Shown: piece after piece, positions 40,791-52,334 of the stretch
Layout of the letters: each line of letters opens with the position of its first letter
How positions within the stretch are numbered: the first letter of the stretch is position 1
Origin: Eledone cirrhosa
Taxonomy: Eukaryota
Assembly (NCBI GenBank): GCA_964016885.1
Contig: OZ024757.1
Location: 1,736,001 to 1,800,000, forward strand
Reading direction: 5' to 3'
DNA: 64,000 nt
The notes under the pieces: model-generated
Told to the model about the DNA's origin: nothing
Databases searched by the model: none
The model's input: the letters and a program-made list of their open reading frames with translations, nothing else
Position numbers and translations under genes: made by a program

Positions 40791-42016
40791 TACCAATTTA
40801 AAATCCTTTTTCTCAAGGGCACATATATATATATATATATATTTCTTTAAAAATATACCCATCTTTCTACCTTATTTCAATGTTATTTATTATACATTAT
40901 ATAATACTAGTTACTCATTCTATATCATTCCTATTTATAACTTCCCTTTCTTCCTTTTTCCTTTTTTCTTTTAATTTTTAACCTCTAATCTGTACCTTTT
41001 CTTCCTAGATACTTCTCAATTCTAATTATTACTCACCACAATATATCCACTCTTCCTTCTTCCATCCTATCACTGGCCATAAAACTTACTATTACCCTTT
41101 TAAATACTTTATATCACCTTGAAAAATCCTTCGCAAATAAAAACATTTTTTTGACGTTAGATTATTCATCCTCAATTCATTATTTTTTCTCCCTCTCATG
41201 CTCGTCTAACTTCTACATATTACACATCACAACACATAAAAACAAACTTAAACCCGAGCTAATCTCCTTTATTACATTATATTATTACCATTAGGAAATA
41301 CTTCATAAACATACATATTTTGATGTTACGGTCTTCTCCTTAAACACTATCTCCTTCTTTGCTTTCTGCGCTCATCTGTAAACAAACTATTTACATATAT
41401 TACACATACATATTACATTACATAAAAACAAACTTAAACACTAACTAATTCCTCTAAATTCATAATTCATCCACTTTTCTACTTCTTTTCACACTATATC
41501 CTTAATAACATTAATATTTTTATTTTAATAATACATATCAACAATTTCTTTCCATCGCACATATTATTAAACCCTTCAATATTCAAACCTTAATTTAATA
41601 TTATTCTTAATACATATTAACAATTTCTTTTCATCGCACATATTATTAAACCCTTCAATATACAAACCTTAATTTAACATTATTCTTAAATTTTTCTCTT
41701 CGTTAATTTTCAAATTCTTTTAATTTATATATTATCTTCCAACGGTTTTTTAACCTCTCTCTGTAAAACAATATATTTTTCTCAGTTATAAAAGCTATCT
41801 CTCTCTCTCTATCACCCATCTCCCCTCCTATCTCATCCTTCCTTATTATACTCCTCCCCCTCCATTCTTTACTCTCATCTCCTCCTCTTTTTCATCCTTT
41901 CCAACCCCCCCTCATTTTTTTCCCAATATCACACATCAATCTAAAACTACTTTTCAAATGTTGATTTAAAACTGCACTATTCACAAGTGTTTTTTAACCT
42001 TCATATCATGTCTCCC

Positions 42017-42087
42017 TATTTTAGCTGATGAAAACGCAAATGTTATCACATGATGATATTTGTTTTTGAAATGCGTATAATAAAATA
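42017..42087 (+). ncRNA. Type I hammerhead ribozyme (long helix II)
   Basis: UAUUUUAG-CUGAUGA-[AAACGCAAAUGUUAUC..GAUAUUUGUUUUU]-GAAA-UGCGUA-UA|AUAAAAUA. The closing pair of helix I is mismatched. Confidence 0.7.
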
Positions 42088-42117
42088 CATGGAACTCTTT
42101 TAACCATCTTTTGATCT

Positions 42118-42152
<35 letters not shown>

Positions 42153-42562
42153 TACATACATACATACACACACATATATATATAAAACATACACACACAT
42201 AAACACACATATACAATTCACATTCATACACATTGATACGCATGCATATACTCACAATCACACGAATAGGAACATATATATAAATGTAGGTGAATATACA
42301 CATCTAAAAATATATAAATACATTCACGTACACATATGCATGAGAAAAAATACATACAACCACATACACACATATATATTAAAAAATTACTTATATATAA
42401 AAAACATATATATAAAAAAAAACTATATATAAAGATATACATACATACACACATACGCATAAGTACGTACACATACATACGCACGCACATACATATATAT
42501 CTATATATACACACATACACACACATATATATATATATATAAATATATATATATACATATAT

Positions 42563-42604
<42 letters not shown>

Positions 42605-42700
42605 CCTATTAAATTAAATATAACCTCTACATATATATATATATATATATATTGATTACATCTTAACCATTTAACATCTTAGGGTATGTCATGTATCATT

Positions 42701-42757
42701 ATATTTTGTCTGACGAGGACGTACTGTTGTACATCCGAAATATGTATAATAAAATAT
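42701..42757 (+). ncRNA. Type I hammerhead ribozyme
   Basis: AUAUUUUGU-CUGACGA-GGACGUAC UGUU GUACAUCC-GAAA-UAUGUA-UA|AUAAAAUAU, with a 9-bp helix I. Confidence 0.85.
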
Positions 42758-42894
42758 AATTGATCAAAAGAACATCTATTTTATTAATATTTATATTTTA
42801 ATATTAATAACTCTGGAAAATTATTTTCCATAGAGTGCTTCCAATCTATTGTAAAACTCATTCTTTGATGTAATCATTGAATCTAGTTTAACTC

Positions 42895-42931
<37 letters not shown>

Positions 42932-43179
42932 CATAAATATATATATATAAAAATAAAAAGGTGGAAGGGGTATTCAAATAGTTGGGAATACAACAAATAA
43001 TAAATAAAGGTATAAATGTTTATAGCTGATTTAGAGCACTCAACAGTTCCTGTAACAAATAATCAATGAAAAAAACATTAAATAACTCTGTATGTAATTA
43101 TATATATACATACATATATATACATGCACACACACACACACAACCATATACATACAAATATATATATATAGAGAGAGAG

Positions 43180-44480
43180 AGAGTATAACTGTAACTATCG
43201 ACTACCTGTATTAGACACGGAACTCTGGATTAACACTATAGACGAGAGAGCCCAAATTCTCCACCCACACTATGCTAAACCCATGGCCTCCAAATACCTG
43301 ATACTCAAAAACTCAGCAATGTCCAGTAGTGCTAAGTTTAATATTCTGATCGCAAACTTGGTACAAGTGATGAAGAACGTGTCCCGTATGTGCGACCCAA
43401 CAGAAATGGAAAGACACATCCAACACTTCATCAACCACATGCAGCTCTCTGGCTACAAACAAAGAGACAGAGTCAGAGTATACGAAGGAGCCACGGAGAA
43501 GTATAAGACCCTCATAGAACTAGACATGAAAGGAATTTGCCCATTATACAGGAGCAAATCATGGAATAGCTTAGATAGGACTAAACATAAGATAGGGAAA
43601 GTCACCTCATGGTACGACAACCAGAGATACCAGAGTGTCATGTTTGTGGATGCTACCCCTGGAGGGAAATTAGCTAACCAGTGTAGAAAGGCCCTGAGAA
43701 AGACCCACTTAAAGATTAAGGTGGTAGAAAAGCCAGGAACCACCATAAAATCCCTGATCAGCAAAACCTACCCTTTTAAGAAAACCCACCGTACTAATAG
43801 GAAATGTATCATATGTAAAGTAAACCCCCAGATAAACTATAAAACTAGAAACGTAGTCTATAGCATAAGATGTACAGAGGGTACTTGCAGAAACATGACA
43901 ACAACATACATAGGCGAGACAGCTCGTAGCATAGGTGAAAGGATAAACCAACACTGGGGGGAACTAAAGACGAAAAAACGGTTCAGTACTATACGAACAT
44001 ACCAGACAACAACACGACGGTAACATAGACAACATAGAAATTAGAATAATATCTAAACATAGAAATGACCCAGCAGATAGGCAAATCAGAGAGGCAAGTG
44101 AAATAGAACTTAGAAGGCCAAAGCTAAACAGAAAAAATAAATGGAATAACAACAACACCCAAACAAACAACACTGACCTAAGAGAAGTATAAATAAATAA
44201 ATACATACACAAGCACAATAACAACAAACACATATAAACACACACTAGTAAACTCAGATAGAATACAATAACCAATACACAGTCACCCAAACACGAACAC
44301 ACATCAAACAAAACACTATACACACACGCAAACGCATGTGCAGAGAAGACAAAAAAATAAACAAATAAATAAACAGACTAAATAAAGATGGCGTAGGCAT
44401 ACAATGCAACGGGAGGAAACACTATAGCACCACTGACGATGTTGCAGATGTGCAACAAAAGAACTTTGTTAGACTATATA
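43180..44480 (+). mobile_element. Second, 5'-truncated copy of the Neptune-like PLE (GIY-YIG ORF 43283-44023)
   Basis: Highly similar to 39435-40752. Flanked by microsatellites. Confidence 0.9.
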
Positions 44481-44682
44481 TATGTTTGTGTCTATATTGT
44501 ATCTGTATTTTTGACCGTTGGTCAGTCAATGGTAAACATTGAGGACCGAATAAATTAAATTAACCGATATAAAAGACACAGAAGCGAAAACCAACCAAAC
44601 AGTGAGTGTGTTCTGTTATTAATTCTGGCAATATTATCACACAAATATGACCCTCCTCTATATATATATATATATATATATA

Positions 44683-45393
44683 TAGAAAGATTTGAATGGA
44701 TACAGTTTAGTTGAAAGGAATTTATTGACACGTGTTTCTATAACAGTTACATAACCTAAAACAGCTGCTATCTACAAACTTTTAGTTATGCAGACATTCA
44801 ATATTTCAATGTTATTATTTACTGTCATTTCATCAGAATAATATTACTGAGGACCTATTTAGTTTTTATAGAGAATATTAGGAGGGAGGGGTGAAGTTGT
44901 TAGAAGAATAGCTGAAGGAGTGGTTTTTCGATAGCAGTGAGAATTCTTGGTGGCAGTGAGTAATTAGATTCCCATCTGTTGTTTTGACATTTTTTATAGA
45001 ATATATTATTGGTTATTTTTCTAAATCTATAGAAGGATTAGAGATAGTAAAGATATGCGTGGTTGGTTTTGTGTTTGCACTTAATTAACATTCAGACTTA
45101 AATTTTTCTTTCAAGTGTACGTATCCTTTCACCCACGCATTCACAAACAAATATATTTGCACACCTCTACAAAATACATATACTCACAATTCACATATTC
45201 ATACTTACATATATATACACATGCATACACATATATATACACACATGTATTCATGTACATACATACGCGCTCATGTGTATACATTTCCATACTCAACTTA
45301 TCTTTATATACACACGTATAGACACACACATATATACATACATACTCTAGTCCATGTGTACACACATACACATACATACACATCCATATACAC

Positions 45394-45476
<83 letters not shown>

Positions 45477-47519
45477 CACTTTAATACATGAATACACTTA
45501 CATCTAACTATACACATCAAACATAGATATATATTTACTTATTTATATACATTTTCACATATATATACATACTTATGGACGTTTTTAGACACATTCATTA
45601 TCGCATATTTGTACCTATTCTCATCAGCATATCTTTCCATTATTAGTGTGGTAATTTAAGGTTATTAATATATGTTGAGAAGAGATTGTTTTTATATTTT
45701 TCTAACTAGATTAAGGTTTATATAGTTGGGGGATGTCCCTCTTTTATGTAATATTCGGCTTGTAGTGGGGAAAAAAGGGTTTTAGTTCTGTGACGGCAGA
45801 ATAATGTTCGTTCAATTCTGTTATTCAGCAGTTTCTTCTTGTGTGTGATTATGTAATAAATCTCAAGATTACACAATTTGCAGAAATTTTGGCTCCTGGA
45901 AAAGCTTTGGGTTTTAGCTAATTTTTCCCATTTTAGGGTAAACTTTTGATCGCTATCCCTGAGCGTCCAAGCTTTTTCTGCTAAAGTTGTTACATTTCTT
46001 TGGCTCAGGTGTTTTATTGAGTAAGAATGCCTATACAATCGAGATTTAAACGATGTTGCCGTTGATCCCACGTAATACCTCTCGTTGCCTCCGGATTTAA
46101 TGGTACACTTATAAATAATATTTTTTTCCAGGCAGTTATTGCCGAGGGGGCAGTTGTCAGGATAGGTGCAGTTACAGTTGTGTACGTTGGGTTTTCTCTG
46201 GAGTAGTATTGCGGACGAACTTAGGTGTGGTTTATTTATGTTCTGTAGTGTATTGTTTACTGTTTTTTTTGTGTTCTTTGCACTTAAGTTCTTAGTGTTT
46301 TCGTTTAACCTTCTAGTATTGATCTTTTTTATGTGTTGTTCAAGGTTTAACGCTGTAGAGTATGACAGTCTTATAGTGGTAGGGTTTAGGATTTTGTGGT
46401 ATTTGTGTGATGTGGGAAAATGTCTTTTAATTATTTTAAAGAAGAGTACTGGTAAATTTGTACTAATGGAACTATTGTATTCGGGGTTATACCATAAGTA
46501 CTCTTTGCATCGCTTTCTATTAGTTTTGTTTGTTGGTTTACTGGTGTGCATACTATGGTAGTAAGTGTGGTTTGGTGTTGTGTTATTATATCTACCTATG
46601 TGGGATTTATTTTGGGTGTTTTGATTGTTCCCATCTATGTACAGCGTTAAACCTTGAACAACACATAAAAAAGATCAATACTAGAAGGTTAAACGAAAAC
46701 ACTAAGAACTTAAGTACAAAGAAAACAAAAAAAACAGTAAACAATACACTACAGAACATAAATAAACCACACCTAAGTTCGTCCGCAATACTACTCCAGA
46801 GAAAACCCAACGTACACAACTGTAACTGCACCTATCCTGACAACTGCCCCCTCGGCAATAACTGCCTGGAAAAAAATATTATTTATAAGTGTACCATTAA
46901 ATCCGGAGGCAACGAGTAGTATTACGTGGGATCAACGGCAACATCGTTTAAATCTCGATTGTATAGGCATTCTTACTCAATAAAACACCTGAGCCAAAGA
47001 AATGTAACAACTTTAGCAGAAAAAGCTTGGACGCTCGGGGATAGCGATCAAAAGTTTACCCTAAAATGGGAAAAATTAGCTAAAACCCAAAGCTTTTCCA
47101 GGAGCCAAAATTTCTGCAAATTGTGTAATCTTGAGATTTATTACATAATCACACACAAGAAGAAACTGCTGAATAACAGAATTGAACGAACATTATTCTG
47201 CCGTCACAGAACTAAAACCCTTTTTTCCCACTACAAGCCGAATATTACATAAAAGAGGGACATCCCCCAACTATATAAACCTTAATCTAGTTAGAAAAAT
47301 ATAAAAACAATCTCTTCTCAACATATATTAATAACCTTAAATTACCACACTAATAATGGAAAGATATGCTGATGAGAATAGGTACAAATATGCGATAATG
47401 AATGTGTCTAAAAACGTCCATAAGTATGTATATATATGTGAAAATGTATATAAATAAGTAAATATATATCTATGTTTGATGTGTATAGTTAGATGTAAGT
47501 GTATTCATGTATTAAAGTG

Positions 47520-47574
<55 letters not shown>

Positions 47575-48286
47575 GTGTATATGGATGTGTATGTATGTGT
47601 ATGTGTGTACACATGGACTAGAGTATGTATGTATATATGTGTGTGTCTATACGTGTGTATATAAAGATAAGTTGAGTATGAAAATGTATACACATGAGCG
47701 CGTATGTATGTACATGAATACATGTGTGTATATATATGTGTATGCATGTGTATATATATGTAAGTATGAATATGTGAATTGTGAGTATATGTATTTTGTA
47801 GAGGTGTGCAAATATATTTGTTTGTAAATGCGTGGGTGAAAGGATACGTACACTTGAAAGAAAAATTTAAGTCTGAATGTTAATTAAGTGCAAACACAAA
47901 ACCAACCACGCATATCTTTACTATCTCTAATCCTTCTATAGATTTAGAAAAATAACCAATAATATATTCTATAAAAAATGTCAAAACAACAGATGGGAAT
48001 CTAATTACTCACTGCCACCAAGAATTCTCACTGCTATCGAAAAACCACTCCTTCAGCTATTCTTCTAACAACTTCACCCCTCCCTCCTAATATTCTCTAT
48101 AAAAACTAAATAGGTCCTCAGTAATATTATTCTGATGAAATGACAGTAAATAATAACATTGAAATATTGAATGTCTGCATAACTAAAAGTTTGTAGATAG
48201 CAGCTGTTTTAGGTTATGTAACTGTTATAGAAACACGTGTCGATAAATTCCTTTCAACTAAACTGTATCCATTCAAATCTTTCTAT
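44683..48286. mobile_element. PLE (Nematis-like) 3' portion as a ~1.65-kb inverted duplication
   Basis: 44683-46356 is the reverse complement of about 46639-48286. ORF LWYNPEYN..HFP..HK..N..IRLSYS..CNC..CPL..CL..IIYKCTI..YYVGST is a GIY-YIG with Cys linker. Confidence 0.88.
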
Positions 48287-48393
48287 TTTTCTCCGGATTA
48301 CTTTTGGAACTACAACTGGAACCGTCGAGCAAACTCTACGTGAGCTGATAATCTACTGTGTGTAATATTTATATTACAACACAACGGAAAATA

Positions 48394-48453
<60 letters not shown>

Positions 48454-48527
48454 TTATATACACACACACATATATACAAAAAGTTACATCACCACATAAA
48501 TAAAAATACACACACACACATATATAT

Positions 48528-49234
48528 ACATGTTACATGGTAGTGAGACCTGGGCGCTGAAGGTGGAAGACTTACGTAGATTAGAGAGAAATGAAGCCTG
48601 CATGCTCCGATGGATGTGTAATAGTAATATACGCGAACGACAAAGCATAAATGAATTGAGAGAGAGACTGAGCATAAGAGGAATCAAATGCTGTGTGCAG
48701 GAGAGGCGGTTGCGTTGGTATGGACATGTGATGCGTATGAAGGATGACAGCTGCATAAAAAGGTGCAGAGCACTAGAAGTCGATGGAAACCGCGGAGTGG
48801 AAAGACCCAAGATGACCTGGGATAAGGTGAAAAAGCCGACCTTACCCAATTACACCTCTCAAAGGCGATGACACACGACCGTGACCTCTTGCGTCACGCA
48901 GTAATACAGAGTACCCGACCTCCCATGGGTACAAGCTGAAGCATATAGACAATATGCCCCCACACCTCCCACTGCAAGGTGGTCGTGGAGGTGCCACGGC
49001 AAAAAAGCACCCAGCCCACACTGTAAAGTGGACGTGTAGGCGCCACGAAAAAGCACCCAGCACTCACTGTAAATGAGGTTGGTGTTAGGAAGGGCATCCA
49101 GCTGTAGAAATCAAGCCAAATCAGTTCCTGTATGAGCAAGGCATGGTCAGCCGACCAGACACTGCCCACAACAGGACAACCCGTCTAACCCATGCTAGCG
49201 TGGAAGAAAGGACGTAAAACGGTGATGATGATGA

Positions 49235-49237
<3 letters not shown>
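48528..49237 (+). mobile_element. RTE LINE 3' fragment
   Basis: Matches about 30274-30987, with a (GAT)n tail. Confidence 0.95.
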
Positions 49238-49325
<88 letters not shown>

Positions 49326-49327
49326 TG

Positions 49328-49364
<37 letters not shown>

Positions 49365-49376
49365 GTATTTATATAT

Positions 49377-50210
49377 AATTAAGTTAAAAATGTACATCCA
49401 CATATGTATACTGAAATACTAGTATGCATATGAATACACACACGTGTACATATGTAGATGTACCGAGTTTTTCACTGGTCACTTTACTGTGAGTGTCCAG
49501 CTATTCTGTATGTAAACACACAGACAAACCGGTTTTCTGGAGAATAGAGGAAAGGTGTTTCCTCAAAAACCAGTATGACTCTAAAAACCGGTTTGTCTGT
49601 GTGTTTACATACAGAATAGCTGGACACTCACAGTAAAGTGACCAGTGAAAAACTCGGTACATCTACATATGTACACGTGTGTGTATTCATATGCATACTA
49701 GTATTTCAGTATACATATGTGGATGTACATTTTTAACTTAATTGTTTAAGCGTCAGTCATACAAAAGTGAGTTACAAACGAAACGAAATTTAATTTCGTT
49801 TCGTTATTTGTTTTTATCGTCTCCGTTGAACCGGTACGTACTCACGCTCTATGCAAATTAGTCTGCCCACTACTAATTTTCATAGAAAAAGCATATAACG
49901 ATATGTGCTTTTACGATTCTCTAGAAAGGCCGGAAGATAGGTAAATATTGCTGATGAGATGTAACAACATCGAAACTAGTCCAATATTCCTTGTCTGGCT
50001 TTCTGGAGAATAGAGGAAAGGTGTTTCCTCAAAAACCAGTATGACTCTAAAAACCGGTTTGTCTGTGTGTTTACATACAGAATAGCTGGACACTCACAGT
50101 AAAGTGACCAGTGAAAAACTCGGTACATCTACATATGTACACGTGTGTGTATTCATATGCATACTAGTATTTCAGTATACATATGTGGATGTACATTTTT
50201 AACTTAATTA
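49377..50210. mobile_element. HHR-bearing non-coding unit (466-nt period) with 5' inverted copy
   Basis: 49534-49743 repeats at 50000-50209. 49377-49536 is the inverted 3' end. Flanked by (TA)n. Confidence 0.8.
49944..49988 (+). ncRNA. Minimal type I hammerhead ribozyme
   Basis: AAUAUUG-CUGAUGA-GAUGU AACA ACAUC-GAAA-CUAG-UC|CAAUAUU. Perfect helices I and II, palindromic ACUAGU helix III, GUC site. Confidence 0.9.
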
Positions 50211-50217
50211 TATATAA

Positions 50218-50725
<508 letters not shown>

Positions 50726-51227
50726 TATATTCAATTAAGGTTAATAGTATGAAATAGATACTACAGGTCATTCTTAAATTATGGTTGGAGTAGAAAATTT
50801 ACAAATAAAAAGACTTATGTAGGTTGGCTTGCACATATACTCACACCCACCTCCACAGACACACACACACATACAAAATGTTGGGTGGTAATACTTAAAA
50901 TAATGGTTAGAGTCCAATACTTAGATAGTTTAGAAAATTTAGAAATAAAAGGTTTATGCTGGTTCACTTGTACATACACTCACACCTACCCCCTCCGACA
51001 CTCACACATATCTACACACACAAATCCATACAGGTGTGTATATATATATATGCATGCATGCATGTACGCACAAGTATACACATATATATATATATATATT
51101 TTAAATATATATACACAGAACATACATATATATAAAATATATACATAGAAAAATATATATATACACACACGTATATATATATACATATATATATGTATGT
51201 ATATATAGATGTGTGTGTATATATAGT

Positions 51228-51294
<67 letters not shown>

Positions 51295-51517
51295 TTATAT
51301 ATATATAACGAAGGAGGTATGGTAAGGAACCAGAAGGACCATAACGCACCAGAGTACTTAATACTTAGGGTAGTAGAGTGGGTAATAGTAAAATGTTTGA
51401 CCCCAACGACAGAGCTCAAAAAGTTTCGACAGCTAGAAATAGCCGTCGAAACGGCTTGAGCTCTGTCGTCGGGGTCATACATTTTCCTATATATATGTGT
51501 GAATATATATATGTATA

Positions 51518-51917
51518 TCATCATCATCATCATCACCGTTTTATGTCCGTTCTTCAACGCTAGCATGGGTTAGACGAGTTGTCCTGTTGTTGGCAGTGTC
51601 CGGTCGGCTGACCTTATCTTGCTCATACGGGAACTGATTCTGGCTTGATTTCTACAGCTGGATGCCCTTCCTAACACCAACCTCATTTACAGTGAGTGGT
51701 GGGTGCTTTTTTTTTTGCCATGGCACCTCTACGACCACTTTGCAGTGGAATGATATGGACCCCAGTCGCTATCATCTCATTTCTACAGCTGAGTAAATTG
51801 GAGCAATGTGAAATAAAGTGTCTTGCTCAAGGAAACAACACATCACCCGGTCTGAGAATTGAACTCACAACCTTTCGATTGCAAGCCCAATGCTCAAACC
51901 ACTAAGCCATGTGCCTT

Positions 51918-51919
<2 letters not shown>
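51518..51919 (-). mobile_element. tRNA-headed SINE with RTE tail, second copy
   Basis: Same architecture as 35188-35570. Confidence 0.85.
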
Positions 51920-51961
<42 letters not shown>

Positions 51962-51967
<6 letters not shown>

Positions 51968-52332
51968 AAGAATTAGTATATCTACTAACATATATATACA
52001 GATGCATACCTATGCCAGCAAATATATAGGTTTTGTCTTAGTAACTTTGTGGTTCAATGCAAGGGGATGCAGAACAATAATATGAAAGACGTAAAACAAG
52101 AAAATTATAAAAATTAACTTACTTACTAAAATTTCACTCCAACTAATTAATTTCTGAAAGGGAATAAACATAGTTTCCGAAGAAACGTACGGAGAAGCCT
52201 TTCGTCATCAAAGGCTTCTCCGTACGTTTCTTCGGAAACTATGTTTATTCCCTTTCAGAAATTAATTAGTTGGAGTGAAAATTTAGTAAGTAACTTAATT
52301 TTTATAATTTTCTTGTTTTACGTCTTTCATAT
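51962..52332. mobile_element. Probable PLE pseudo-LTR with a ~123-bp near-perfect palindrome
   Basis: 52080-52202 / 52210-52332 inverted around a 7-nt spacer. Same family at 57433-58030. Confidence 0.65.
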
Positions 52333-52334
52333 AT

